A stretch of DNA of 62,378 nt from the IMG/VR virus record IMGVR_UViG_3300044723_005436, positions 1 to 62,378 of that record, one strand, 5' to 3'. The position numbers and the translations under genes are program-made. This stretch comes from a virus. Taxonomy: Duplodnaviria > Caudoviricetes. A model generated the notes under the pieces. The model was given only the letters and a program-made list of their open reading frames with translations, ran no database searches and had not been told where the DNA came from. How positions within the stretch are numbered: position 1 is the stretch's first letter; each line of letters opens with the position of its first letter. Below are positions 37,986 to 48,210 of this stretch, in pieces.

Positions 37986-39440
37986 ATGGCTTATACAGTT
38001 AATAAAACCGACGGTACTATCCTTGCAACAGTAGCAGATGGCACCATTGATACAACCACAGATCTTACACTTATTGGTAAGAACTATGCTGGTTATGGTG
38101 AATTCTTTAACGAGAACCTAGTAAAACTATTGGAAAACTTTAGTAACACTAGTGCACCAGCAAGTCCAGTTGCAGGTCAAATGTGGTGGGACAAAACAAA
38201 CAACCTACTTAAAGTTTACAATGGCACAACATTTAAAACTGTTAGTAGTAGTACAGCAAGTGCAAGTACTCCTAGCAGTGGTGTTACTGGTGACCTTTGG
38301 TGGGATACCACTAACGGACAGTTAAAAGTTTATAATGGTTCGACCTGGACAACAATTGGTCCATCATTTACAAGTGGTACAGGAACATCAGGTGCTATTG
38401 TTGAAACAGTTACAGACACCGGCGCTACAGACCACGTTGTTGTAAAACTTTACACAAACAACGTACTGGTTGCAACAGTATCCAAAGATACAACATTCAC
38501 TCCGCAGAGTGCTATCTCAGGTTTTGCAACAGTTAAGCCAGGTATCCAACTTAGTACTGCAGTTACAGGAAACAAATTCCAAGGTACAGCAACAGACAGT
38601 GATGCACTAGGCGGCGTTGCCTCAACAAGTTATTTGCGCAGTGATGCTAGTGATAGTACTAGTGGTGTACTAAGTATCCTTAACGACACAGGCATGGTTG
38701 TTGGTGTTGACAGTGATCTAACAGTTGGTGTTAGTGGTAGCGATGTAACAATTGCAAACGCAACATCAGACGGCGACATCCTAATTAAAGTTAATGATGG
38801 CGGCGTTGTTTCAACAGCAATGACCATCGACGGTGCAACAAACAGAGTACTACTAGCAGGTGCACCAAGTGATAACTTGGGCGCGGCAACTAAAGCATAT
38901 GTTGACAGTGCAGTTTCAGGCAGTGGCGCATTAGCAGTTAGCGGTGGTACAATGACAGGAGACATTCTTGTTAGTGGCACAGTAAACTTTGGTAGTAGCG
39001 GCAACAGAATTGCAACAGTGTTTGCAACAACATTTAACGGAACATCAACCGCTGCACAATACGCTGACTTGGCGGAAAACTTCCGTCCAGACACAAGTTA
39101 TGCACCAGGCACGATTGTTGCACTAGGCGGTGTAGAAGAAATTACAGCAGTAAATGAAGAACTATCTAGCAACGTATTTGGTGTTGTTAGTAGCAAGCCA
39201 GCTTACTTAATGAATAGTGCGCAAGAAGGCGGAGCACCAGTTGCTGTCGCAGGTCGTGTACCAGTTAGAGTAGTTGGAATGGTAAATAAAGGTGATAGAC
39301 TTGTTAGTGCAGGAAACGGCATGGCAAGAGCTGCACAAGAAGATGAATTAATCAATGCTTTCAATGTTATTGGCAGAGCAATCCAAACAAAAACAAATAC
39401 AGAAGAAGGCACTGTAGAAGCCTTTGTTACAATTAACTAA
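37986..39440 (+). CDS. Short tail fibre/baseplate protein with the same C-terminal module as ORF 34343
   Basis: 'LIGKNYAGYGE..NENLVKLLENF', tandem 'GxxWWD...LKVYNG' repeats, C-terminal 'AQYADLAE...GRVPVRVVG'. Confidence 0.72.
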   Translation: MAYTVNKTDGTILATVADGTIDTTTDLTLIGKNYAGYGEFFNENLVKLLENFSNTSAPASPVAGQMWWDKTNNLLKVYNGTTFKTVSSSTASASTPSSGVTGDLWWDTTNGQLKVYNGSTWTTIGPSFTSGTGTSGAIVETVTDTGATDHVVVKLYTNNVLVATVSKDTTFTPQSAISGFATVKPGIQLSTAVTGNKFQGTATDSDALGGVASTSYLRSDASDSTSGVLSILNDTGMVVGVDSDLTVGVSGSDVTIANATSDGDILIKVNDGGVVSTAMTIDGATNRVLLAGAPSDNLGAATKAYVDSAVSGSGALAVSGGTMTGDILVSGTVNFGSSGNRIATVFATTFNGTSTAAQYADLAENFRPDTSYAPGTIVALGGVEEITAVNEELSSNVFGVVSSKPAYLMNSAQEGGAPVAVAGRVPVRVVGMVNKGDRLVSAGNGMARAAQEDELINAFNVIGRAIQTKTNTEEGTVEAFVTIN

Positions 39441-39454
39441 TCGGAGAATAATAA

Positions 39455-40360
39455 ATGGCTTATACAACAGGCGATACTATCCTAGATGATCACTATAATG
39501 ATTTTGCTACCTCAGTAAACGCAATCTGGGGTACAGGAACAGGTGATGCAGGATACGGCGAAACAACAACAGTAAGTGCTGTTAGTGCTGGCGCAACAAT
39601 TACAGCGACACAGTGGACAACACTACTAGCAAGAATGAACAGTATGGCATCTCATCAAAGTTCAAGTATTACTGCAATTAGTAACCCAAGTGCAAGTGAT
39701 ACAATTAGTGCATACACTGCACTGTCAACAAACATTGGCACTATTACAACAAACAGATTGAATGTTGCAGCACGTCAAGCAGTGGCGAACACAAACAGAG
39801 ACAACACTGCTACATTCACAGGCACACTTACGTTTACTCACAAGTGGGCATGGGGCAGCGTAAACCAAGCACGTTACTTCTTTAACGCAGGTGGACGATT
39901 GAGCATTAGTGGTTCACAAAGTGGACACGGTAGTGACAGTAAAGGCAACGAATGGGCAAACTTGCTAACAGCGGCAGGCACATACTATGTGTATGCACAA
40001 ACAGCAGGCAAAAGTGGCGGTTCAGGCACACCAACTACTAACCTTACTACTACAGCAGGCTATCACGACCTTACATCAAGTTATCTTACAGTGTTCCAAC
40101 AGTATGAGGACACAGGTCCATACACAGCAAACTATGTACAGTGGCAACTACGCACACAAGACAGTGGTGCAAGTGTTGAAGCAAGTTGTACATGGGTTGA
40201 CGCGGCTGCTGATACGACATACAACAAATCAATCTATACTGTACAGGATCAGGTTGAAGGTACACATAGAATGACATACGGTTATGAAAAGCATGATACA
40301 ACTTATGTTGCAGACAACGGTGGTACAATCACACTAACAGGTAGTGCAACAGGTAGTTAA
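39455..40360 (+). CDS. Virion structural (tail-associated) protein
   Basis: 'MAYTTGDTI' start, 'ARYFFNAGG' motif, Thr/Ser/Gly-rich; GGAG RBS; last gene of the late operon. Confidence 0.6.
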   Translation: MAYTTGDTILDDHYNDFATSVNAIWGTGTGDAGYGETTTVSAVSAGATITATQWTTLLARMNSMASHQSSSITAISNPSASDTISAYTALSTNIGTITTNRLNVAARQAVANTNRDNTATFTGTLTFTHKWAWGSVNQARYFFNAGGRLSISGSQSGHGSDSKGNEWANLLTAAGTYYVYAQTAGKSGGSGTPTTNLTTTAGYHDLTSSYLTVFQQYEDTGPYTANYVQWQLRTQDSGASVEASCTWVDAAADTTYNKSIYTVQDQVEGTHRMTYGYEKHDTTYVADNGGTITLTGSATGS

Positions 40361-40385
40361 TAACTAACCTCACATAATAAAAACA

Positions 40386-40414
40386 TTGACAGGACCTTCG
40401 GGTCCTGTTATACT
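40386..40414 (+). promoter_or_regulatory. sigma70 promoter (TTGACA-17-TATACT, extended -10) overlapping a UUCG hairpin
   Basis: TTGACA 40386-40391, TG 40406-40407, TATACT 40409-40414; ACAGGACC-TTCG-GGTCCTGT hairpin at 40389-40408. Confidence 0.75.
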
Positions 40415-40421
40415 ATCAAGT

Positions 40422-40766
40422 ATGGAAAATCTAGAATCATATGCTCGAGAAAGATTCGAGCTCAACAGACAAAAACAAACTCTAAAAGAACAACAACAGC
40501 AAAGACTCACTGTTACATATAATGGTGGGCTATTCCGTGTGGATATGACACTGCTTAACTATTTGTATATGAAAAATGCAAATGCAGGCTTGTTTAATCA
40601 AAGCACTAAATGTATTATTCCAGACAGTTATGATACGCCCATTGAAATTGATTGTGTGGAACTTGTAGAACTATGTGACGCTCGTTGGAATGAAGTACAC
40701 AATGATTGGCATAACGAATACCAAGAACTAAAAACAAAACGTAAAGCAGGTGACGTTGAAGTCTAA
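40422..40766 (+). CDS. Hypothetical protein, start revised to MENLESY
   Basis: The TTG start in the ORF track (40386) is the -35 box; ATG at 40422 lies 7 nt after the -10. Confidence 0.65.
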   Translation: MENLESYARERFELNRQKQTLKEQQQQRLTVTYNGGLFRVDMTLLNYLYMKNANAGLFNQSTKCIIPDSYDTPIEIDCVELVELCDARWNEVHNDWHNEYQELKTKRKAGDVEV

Positions 40767-41514
40767 AGGCATACTAATACTGTATAGCGAAAGCGCACAG
40801 TTGGACTACAAAAGTCTAAGTGAACTGTGCGCACGACTAGCAGAAAAGCATTTAGGTGTACCTAGTACCGTAGTAAAACTAGATCCTATACAAAAGAACT
40901 TTCGCACATTTCGTTACCCTAACGGCGAACTAGAAGGTACAGAGTGGAACAACATAGGCAGATACAGTACATATGACCTGAGTCCATATGATGAAACCTT
41001 ACTAATTGACAGCGACTACATTGTACAGTCAGACACACTTGCAAACTACTTTGGCTGCGATCACGACTTTGTGTGTCATAATCGTAGTTGGGATGTTACA
41101 GGTAATGATGTGTTTAGACATGACCGTTTTATGACACAGAATTGGTTTGAAATGCGTTGGGCAACAGTTGTATATTTTAAAAAGAGTGAACCTGCAAAAC
41201 ATATATTTGATGCTTGGCGTATGGTATATGAAAACTATGCTTACTATGCGGAACTGTTTGGATTTAGTAAATCACCATTCCGTAATGACTTTGCAATGAG
41301 CATTGCACATCAAATATGCAATGGGTATAGCAACACAGGTACATTTGACTATGCACTTCCTGCACTTAGCAGTAGTGACAGTGTATTAGATTACAAAGAT
41401 GGACGATGGTTGCTAAAGTATGAATACAAAGAATCTCACAACGTTATGCGCTACACAGGTGATTTACATGTAATGAACAAGCGCAGTTTACTAGAGATAG
41501 CAGATAAACTATGA
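40750..41514 (+). CDS. GT-A fold glycosyltransferase (GT8-like)
   Basis: 'SPYDETLLIDSDY' DxD motif, 'WATVVYF', 'RNDFAMSIA', 'HVMNK'. Confidence 0.65.
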   Translation: MTLKSKGILILYSESAQLDYKSLSELCARLAEKHLGVPSTVVKLDPIQKNFRTFRYPNGELEGTEWNNIGRYSTYDLSPYDETLLIDSDYIVQSDTLANYFGCDHDFVCHNRSWDVTGNDVFRHDRFMTQNWFEMRWATVVYFKKSEPAKHIFDAWRMVYENYAYYAELFGFSKSPFRNDFAMSIAHQICNGYSNTGTFDYALPALSSSDSVLDYKDGRWLLKYEYKESHNVMRYTGDLHVMNKRSLLEIADKL

Positions 41515-42329
41515 GACCAAAAACTCGTGAACAAGGCTATTTAACTTTTGCACAAGGTGCGCAGTATTTGCAGTGTGCATATTTGCTTGCGCTCAGTGTC
41601 AAGACTTACTGTAAGATAAATGATTTTGCAGTTGTCGTAGATACTGCAACACCTGTGCCAGAACATATGCAAGCAGTGTTTGACGAAGTTATCACTATCC
41701 CTACAATGGCACCATTTGCAAATGAATGTTTAGCATGGGAACTTACGCCCTTTAAAGAAACATTCAAAGTTGAAAGTGACATGTTAGTCACTAGCAATAT
41801 TGATCATTGGTGGGCAGGTGCGAGACTTAAAAACGTTTGCTTTACTACACAAGTGCGCAACTACAGAGGCGAAGTTGTAGAGGATCATTACCACAGAAAG
41901 ATGTGGCATGAAAACAATCTATGCAATGCTTACAATGGCTTTATGTATTTTAGACATTGCACAGAAACAAAAAAGTTTTTTGATACCTGCAAGACTGTGT
42001 TAGATAACTTTGACCTATACAAATCAAGTGTGCTAAGTAACTGTAGACACGATACTGCAGACACAGATGTGTTTATGAGCGTCGCTGCTACAGAACTAGG
42101 CAGTGAAAACTACTATGTGCCTACACTAGATTATCCTACATTTACGCACATGAAGCAACACATCAACAACTTTAAAAATGATGATTGGCGAGATGCTTGT
42201 CATTGGACACTTACAGATGATATGATCTTTTGTATAAACGGATATGCACAAACTAGACCTTTTCATTATTTTCACAAAGATTTTTGTACACCGGAGTTAA
42301 TAGCGAGATATGAGCAGCGCATTCTTTGA
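41511..42329 (+). CDS. GT-A fold glycosyltransferase (GT8-like), paralog of the preceding ORF
   Basis: 'YLQCAYLLALSVK', 'TPFKETFKVESDM' (ExD variant), 'FTHMK', 'FHY'. Confidence 0.6.
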   Translation: MRPKTREQGYLTFAQGAQYLQCAYLLALSVKTYCKINDFAVVVDTATPVPEHMQAVFDEVITIPTMAPFANECLAWELTPFKETFKVESDMLVTSNIDHWWAGARLKNVCFTTQVRNYRGEVVEDHYHRKMWHENNLCNAYNGFMYFRHCTETKKFFDTCKTVLDNFDLYKSSVLSNCRHDTADTDVFMSVAATELGSENYYVPTLDYPTFTHMKQHINNFKNDDWRDACHWTLTDDMIFCINGYAQTRPFHYFHKDFCTPELIARYEQRIL

Positions 42330-42591
42330 AGCAGCACAAGCACATCAATCAGCAGTAACTAAACTAGAACATAAGTTGTATTACAGTGAAGATGGTAGTA
42401 TAATAGATATATCATATGATGTATTAGAGCATGATTATATTGTTATCACACAAGATGAATTTGATGCGTGTAATAGTAAACGTGACGACTACACAGTAGT
42501 AGAAAATAAACTAACATTTAGTCCTCCTAAACAACGAACTTGGGGATTAACACAACAAGAACTATCGAGGAACCCTTATGTCAAAAGTTGA
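42310..42591 (+). CDS. Hypothetical protein
   Basis: 93-aa ORF overlapping both neighbours. Confidence 0.55.
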   Translation: MSSAFFEAAQAHQSAVTKLEHKLYYSEDGSIIDISYDVLEHDYIVITQDEFDACNSKRDDYTVVENKLTFSPPKQRTWGLTQQELSRNPYVKS

Positions 42592-43489
42592 TGTAGCAGA
42601 CTTAGACTGCATTTATCTAAGTTACGATGAACCCAAGAAAGAAGAATTCTGGGTAAAAATACAAAACATGGTGCCATGGGCAAAGCGTGTTGACAGTGTG
42701 CAAGGCAGTGATGCTGCACACAAAGCAGCGGCCGCAGCAAGTGACACAGAGCGTTTCATCCTTATTGATGGTGACAATATGCCTTATCCAGAGTTTTTTG
42801 ATATCACACTGGATATTAAACCTGAACATGAGGACTGTGTGTTTCGTTGGAAAGCAGTGAACGACATCAATGGACTCATGTACGGCAATGGTGGCATGAG
42901 TTGCTGGACACGAACATTTGTTAACAACATGCGCACACATGAAGCAAGCGACGGTAGTGACGAGAATGATGTAGAGTTTTGTTATGATCCTAAGTACCTA
43001 GCAATGAACAATGTGTATAGCACAACCTATCCCAATGGGAGTGCTAAACATGCTTGGCGTGCAGGATTCAGAGAAGGTGTGAAGATGTGCTTGCGCAAAG
43101 GCACACGCCCTACACTGCAGGAGTTTGAGGACATGGTGCATAAATCAAACTTTGATAGACTTAGCATTTGGCATAATGTAGGCAAGGATGCAGAGTATGG
43201 CGAGTATGCTATACAGGGCGCAAGACTTGGCACATATAAAACAATGCTTACAGATTGGGATCACACAGAAGTGCAGTGGTTCGACAACTTAGAACGCATT
43301 TACAATGAGTTTGATCCAATGCAAATGGCAGAGATTAATGGTGCGCTTATGAGTAGACTTGGATTGCCTATGTTAGATATGGATGCAAATCAAAGCAAGT
43401 TCTTTAAAAAATACTACAGTCAAACATATTGTGCAGCCCAGCCAATGTCGCTTGAAATTGATCAGATTAGAAAGCACGAAGGATGGTAA
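42578..43489 (+). CDS. Glycosyltransferase-like protein (GT-A/GT2-like)
   Basis: 'YLSYDEP', 'AHKAAA', 'LIDGDN' DxD, 'YGNGG', 'AWRAGFREGVKM'. Confidence 0.6.
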   Translation: MSKVDVADLDCIYLSYDEPKKEEFWVKIQNMVPWAKRVDSVQGSDAAHKAAAAASDTERFILIDGDNMPYPEFFDITLDIKPEHEDCVFRWKAVNDINGLMYGNGGMSCWTRTFVNNMRTHEASDGSDENDVEFCYDPKYLAMNNVYSTTYPNGSAKHAWRAGFREGVKMCLRKGTRPTLQEFEDMVHKSNFDRLSIWHNVGKDAEYGEYAIQGARLGTYKTMLTDWDHTEVQWFDNLERIYNEFDPMQMAEINGALMSRLGLPMLDMDANQSKFFKKYYSQTYCAAQPMSLEIDQIRKHEGW

Positions 43490-44403
43490 CAATCGACATC
43501 ACAGATTATTGTGGTGCATCACACAGCCGTAATGTAGAGATACTTGCTTGTAAAATTGCACGGCATAAAGATGAAAAAATTGTATTAGATCTTAAACATG
43601 AAGGCTGGGATATTGTTGAAAATGGCATAGAACAAAAAGTAAAAAATATTTGTGATGTACTATCTATTCCTTATAATCAGATTGAGTTTACGAGTAGTGA
43701 CAAGTTATGCAAAAGCGAAACATTTAAACATACAATAAATCCGAAATACACAACATATTTTTCTGATCGATTTAAAGAAATAAAAACTGTATCTTCTGCT
43801 AAGTTCAACTACGGATTGTTTTGCGGTAGAGCAACCAATGAAAGACTTTATAGTTTTTGGAAACATAAAAACTGGAGATATCATGAACTTGGCAGAGCAA
43901 GTATGCATTTAGATGTAAACACAGTAACAGAATGGAACAGTGATTTTACAGATTTTATTTGTGAATATAACGAACACTGGAAAAGTTTAATTCCTTTGTT
44001 ACCATATAGTGATATAGATTCATATATTAAACCTCCTATTATTTTTGGAAATAATACTGATGTAGATTTATGGAAACGTGTATATAGCGAACTAATGATT
44101 GAAGTTGTAGTAGAAACTAATCAAACACCTGATACCTTTTTTATTACAGAAAAAACATTTCGTCCTATTGCATATGGTAAGTTATTTTTAGTAATAGGAA
44201 GTCCGGAGTTTGAACAGAACTTAAAGCGCATGGGCTTTGATATTTTCGATGACATTATTGATAAAAGTTATGACACAGAAAGCAGTTACATACGAATTGA
44301 TGCAGTGTTTAAAAGTTTAGGCGAGTTATTAAGCAATCCGGTGAACATGCAAGCATTGCTTCCACGATTATTGGCAAACAAGCGAGTATTAGAAAACCTA
44401 TGA
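43483..44403 (+). CDS. Putative glycosyltransferase with GT10-like 'E..ITEK' motif
   Basis: 'VVVET....FFITEKTFRPI...FLVIG...LKRMGFDIFDDIIDKSYD'. Confidence 0.45.
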   Translation: MVTIDITDYCGASHSRNVEILACKIARHKDEKIVLDLKHEGWDIVENGIEQKVKNICDVLSIPYNQIEFTSSDKLCKSETFKHTINPKYTTYFSDRFKEIKTVSSAKFNYGLFCGRATNERLYSFWKHKNWRYHELGRASMHLDVNTVTEWNSDFTDFICEYNEHWKSLIPLLPYSDIDSYIKPPIIFGNNTDVDLWKRVYSELMIEVVVETNQTPDTFFITEKTFRPIAYGKLFLVIGSPEFEQNLKRMGFDIFDDIIDKSYDTESSYIRIDAVFKSLGELLSNPVNMQALLPRLLANKRVLENL

Positions 44404-45761
44404 GTGATTATTACAATGATGCACTAACTGCAAAGACTAAACTAGCAACAGTTAGCGATAGTTTTTGTTTGGCAAAATGGAAACAAGTTAGTTTGCATCT
44501 AACAACTGGACATACTAACAGTTGTTACCATCCGCCATTGCATCGCATACCTGTAGAGCCACTTGCAGACAATCCAAGCGCACTACACAACACTGCACAT
44601 AAGAAACAAAGTCGTAAAGAAATGATGGAGGGAACTAAGTGTAGTGATTGCCGATACTGTTGGAATATAGAAGCACAAGGCAACATTAGTGATCGTCACT
44701 ATCGCAGTGGTGAGCCCTGGGCTATGGCGAGTTTTGATGAAATAGTTAACAATCCTCTTGCAGATGTTAACCCAAGTTATGTAGAGGTAAATTTTAACAA
44801 TGTTTGTAATCTTAGTTGCAGTTATTGCAGTCCTCAGTTTAGCAGCACCTGGACAGCAGAATCAAAGGAACACGGAGCATGGCCCACCACTGTACCACAC
44901 AATGACCCCCAACACTTCGTGGGCGAAAGACGGGCTATTCCCAACAGAGAAGACAACCTCTACCGCGAAGCCTTCTGGAGATGGTGGCCCGATCTATACC
45001 CCTCTCTAAAACACTTTCGTATGACAGGCGGCGAGCCCACAATGGATCCAAACACCTATCGTGTTTTTGATTATGTACTAGAGAATCCCAAACAGGATTT
45101 GCATCTTAATACAACAAGTAACTTCAGTGTTGACACTAAGGTATGGGACAAATACAAAGGCTATGTGCAACGACTATGTGAAGGTGATCAGATAGAACAC
45201 TTTATGCAGTTTGTTAGCATGGACACCTGGGGCAAGCAAGCAGAATATATACGCCATGGTCTGGACTTTGATCTTGCTATAAATAGATGTGAAGAATTTG
45301 TTCGTGACGTTCCCAGTCGTAGCAGCCTAACATTCATTATCACAATGAATAATTTAAGTATACTTTCACTAAAGAAACTGTTAGAATACATAGTATACTT
45401 GCGTAAAACATACACAACAACCTATCAGCGTGTATGGTTTGATACTCCACTATTGTACACGCCAGACTGGCAAAGCATGCAAATACTACCCATGGAATAT
45501 CAAATAGTAATGCAAGAGTGTATACTCTACATGGAAGAAAACATGCACGAAATGCATGGCTTTAAGGACTATGAAGTACTAAAGATGAAGCGTGACTTGG
45601 ATTGGATGCTACAAGGCACAACAGACGTAGAACGCAAACGTGGAGACTTTTACAAGTTCTTTAGTGAACATGATCGTAGACGCGGCACAAACTTTTTAGA
45701 AACATTCCCAGAAATGAGTAGTTTTTGGCAACAGTGTGAGTATTATGCAAAACAACATTAG
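44400..45761 (+). CDS. Radical SAM protein with N-terminal auxiliary-cluster motif
   Basis: CNLSCSYC, TGGEP; N-terminal CLAKW..SCYHP..CRYCW. Confidence 0.85.
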   Translation: MSDYYNDALTAKTKLATVSDSFCLAKWKQVSLHLTTGHTNSCYHPPLHRIPVEPLADNPSALHNTAHKKQSRKEMMEGTKCSDCRYCWNIEAQGNISDRHYRSGEPWAMASFDEIVNNPLADVNPSYVEVNFNNVCNLSCSYCSPQFSSTWTAESKEHGAWPTTVPHNDPQHFVGERRAIPNREDNLYREAFWRWWPDLYPSLKHFRMTGGEPTMDPNTYRVFDYVLENPKQDLHLNTTSNFSVDTKVWDKYKGYVQRLCEGDQIEHFMQFVSMDTWGKQAEYIRHGLDFDLAINRCEEFVRDVPSRSSLTFIITMNNLSILSLKKLLEYIVYLRKTYTTTYQRVWFDTPLLYTPDWQSMQILPMEYQIVMQECILYMEENMHEMHGFKDYEVLKMKRDLDWMLQGTTDVERKRGDFYKFFSEHDRRRGTNFLETFPEMSSFWQQCEYYAKQH

Positions 45762-46362
45762 AGTTCATTTTCCACGTGGTGTATCAGGTAGTTTTTTAAT
45801 CAACTGCATAATGTATTATACACATCCGGAATACTTTTTAAAGTTAAGTTTAGGACCCGAAGGCAACGCACATCCACAGCTAGACGATTTAACAGATTTG
45901 GGAAAGTTGAACGTAGTAGATTTAAAAAAACACATGTTTTTTTTAAACAATACTAGTCATAGTGCAACTAAATTAGATGACAAATTTACCACTGTGTTTA
46001 TAAAATGCCAATCTGATGATTATGGTGTTATAACAGATATGTTTTTAAACAAAGTGTTAGTGTGGAAAATTGATCTAGAAGAATATAATATTATAAAAGG
46101 TGCGAACTGGGCCTCATTTGAAAAGTGGACCACATGTGAATTTACTAGACAAGAAATAAAAGATATGTGGGTTGGTGATTTGGAACTGTGGAATAATCAA
46201 GCACAATTTTCTGAAGCAGATTATGTTATCAGTTTTAAAGATATACATTTTGATCCTGTATTAAATCAACGAATTGCGACATTGGCGGGCATGCAGGCAA
46301 ATGAAACAGTACAGCAATATATAGAAGACTATAGAAATGCGAATAGGATTTATTGGAAATGA
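45736..46362 (+). CDS. Hypothetical protein, weakly sulfotransferase/P-loop-like
   Basis: N-terminal 'HFPRGVSGSFL' resembles a PAPS-binding loop; probable start MQNN at 45745. Confidence 0.35.
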   Translation: MSIMQNNIRVHFPRGVSGSFLINCIMYYTHPEYFLKLSLGPEGNAHPQLDDLTDLGKLNVVDLKKHMFFLNNTSHSATKLDDKFTTVFIKCQSDDYGVITDMFLNKVLVWKIDLEEYNIIKGANWASFEKWTTCEFTRQEIKDMWVGDLELWNNQAQFSEADYVISFKDIHFDPVLNQRIATLAGMQANETVQQYIEDYRNANRIYWK

Positions 46363-47180
46363 AAATATTAGTAACAGGCGCAGACGGATTTCTTGGCAGC
46401 AATACAGTTAGGTATCTTCTTAAAAAAGGTTATAATGTTACTGCACATACACAAGATGTTAGACAAAGTTTGCCTTATGAAACATTTGATGTGCTTTATC
46501 ATTTTGCTGCTTTCGTTGGCGGGCGTAAAGGCATAGACAATAACTTATGGAGCATTGCTGAGAACATAGAAATTGATAGATGCGTATTTAAATGGGCTGA
46601 ACAGTTTTGCGGTAAGATAATTTACCCTAGCAGTTGCGCAGCATACCCAGCAGCTATGCAATCGCAACAAGGTGTTCCTATGAGTGAGGATACACCTGAT
46701 GGCGAACCTTTTGATATGTACGGTATGAGCAAACTTGCTGCAGAATGTATGCTAAAACAAATGACTATACCCAGTCACATCATGCGACCATTTACAATAT
46801 ATGGCCCTGGGCAAAGCATGGACTATCCTTTGCCTAGTATTATTGCTAGAGCAAGACAGGGAGAGTGTAGTGTTTGGGGAAGCGGTACACAAATAAGAGA
46901 TTATGTGTATATTGACGATGCGTGTCGAGTGTTTGAATATTTAATGCACAGAGAAGAACCTATTAAACTAAACATAGGATCAGGCATCCCTACAAACTTT
47001 ATTACTATTGCTGAGATAATTTATGAACAAATACATGGTGTGCGTATTCCAGTGCAGACAATGACCAATGAACCAGAAGGTGCTGGCTATAGATATAGCG
47101 ATACTACACTACAGGCTAGTTTAGGTCTAATGCCTGAGATAGGTTTACAAGAAGGTATTAGGAGAATGATTGATGCTTGA
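46353..47180 (+). CDS. NAD-dependent nucleotide-sugar epimerase/dehydratase (extended SDR)
   Basis: TGADGFLG, HFAA, SS, YGMSK (YxxxK), YGPG, RDYVYIDD. Confidence 0.88.
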   Translation: MEMKILVTGADGFLGSNTVRYLLKKGYNVTAHTQDVRQSLPYETFDVLYHFAAFVGGRKGIDNNLWSIAENIEIDRCVFKWAEQFCGKIIYPSSCAAYPAAMQSQQGVPMSEDTPDGEPFDMYGMSKLAAECMLKQMTIPSHIMRPFTIYGPGQSMDYPLPSIIARARQGECSVWGSGTQIRDYVYIDDACRVFEYLMHREEPIKLNIGSGIPTNFITIAEIIYEQIHGVRIPVQTMTNEPEGAGYRYSDTTLQASLGLMPEIGLQEGIRRMIDA

Positions 47181-48210
47181 AAAAGTTGGAATTCACTTTC
47201 CTAAAGATTGGCAATATGGACCTGAAGAAATACATATATTTGATAGCACTGCAAAACAAGTAGACAAACAGTTTCCCAATGATCGTAATCTAGTTATTAA
47301 TACAACCTGGTTTGGTAATCAATTTGACAATGGAGAATGGCAACGTGCGTTAAGTTTTGATGTTGACTTTGATAATTTATTTTTATTAAGTGTAATAGAT
47401 CCTTTGTATCTAACAGACGAAGATTTAGAAATTCTTGTAAACAAATACAACATTAAACAAGTTTATCGTATAGGAATGTTCGAAGGTAGCAAATATGAAT
47501 GGAACTTTCATGGATTGATTGGCAAAGACCTGATGCCCAGTTATACTGAAGAGCAGGTGCTAATGCAAGATCCCGAATATATCTATATGCTTTATCAACG
47601 CAAACCTAGATTACATAGAATAGAAATAACTGAAATACTCAGGCAACGTAATCTTTTAAAACATGGTATAGTAACACTAGGCGGCCCTGATGGTAAAAAT
47701 GATTGGCAAGGTGGCATACAACACTGGGAACCAATAACTATTGAAGACTATCCAGAAGATTATCATCACAATGGTAGCAAAGAAGATTTTGCCGGTGTAC
47801 CAAATGATCTAGTAACAGTAGGTAGACTGGATTTATGGCAAAAGCATTTCTTAAATATCATAAGTGATTGTGTATTCGATGAATGGCAACCTTTGTTTGT
47901 TACAGAAAAAATGTGGAAAGCAACAATAGGATTACGTCCTTATATTGTACACGGTAATCCAAAAACATATGATTGGATGCGAAATCACGGCTTTAAGACT
48001 TTTAACGATTATTGGAGTCATATACCAGTAGAAACTAGCACAGACGATCACGGAGCACATGACAGTGTTTGGAAAGTCATTGAGTTCTTACAAACACAAG
48101 ATTTAAAACAACTGTACCTTGACATGTTACCGGACTTGCGTTATAATAAACTACGCTTCAATGAATTTAGCCGAGAACAAGAACACAAGATGGAGAATAT
48201 CTTTGAGTAA
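47170..48210 (+). CDS. Putative glycosyltransferase, GT10-like 'TEK' family
   Basis: 'RKPRLHR', 'FVTEKMWKATIGLRPYIVHG...HGFKTFNDYW'. Confidence 0.45.
   Translation: MMLEKVGIHFPKDWQYGPEEIHIFDSTAKQVDKQFPNDRNLVINTTWFGNQFDNGEWQRALSFDVDFDNLFLLSVIDPLYLTDEDLEILVNKYNIKQVYRIGMFEGSKYEWNFHGLIGKDLMPSYTEEQVLMQDPEYIYMLYQRKPRLHRIEITEILRQRNLLKHGIVTLGGPDGKNDWQGGIQHWEPITIEDYPEDYHHNGSKEDFAGVPNDLVTVGRLDLWQKHFLNIISDCVFDEWQPLFVTEKMWKATIGLRPYIVHGNPKTYDWMRNHGFKTFNDYWSHIPVETSTDDHGAHDSVWKVIEFLQTQDLKQLYLDMLPDLRYNKLRFNEFSREQEHKMENIFE

Noticed and set aside
34537-39412. Long antisense ORFs within fibre genes (e.g. 35851-36420, 38630-39094)
   Set aside because: Expected shadows of Thr/Ala/Gly/Ser-rich codon usage; no RBS or motifs
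34343-39440. Diversity-generating retroelement or invertible fibre cassette
   Set aside because: No reverse transcriptase or invertase, no adenine-specific TR/VR pair; the shared sequence is short, direct and explained by paralogy
40386-40421. N-terminal extension MTGPSGPVILSS of ORF 40386
   Set aside because: This stretch is the promoter/hairpin; the ATG at 40422 fits better
48119-48202. Long N-terminus of ORF 48119
   Set aside because: It overlaps the upstream gene by about 90 nt; the GDS motif is N-terminal in the paralogs, favouring the TTG at 48203
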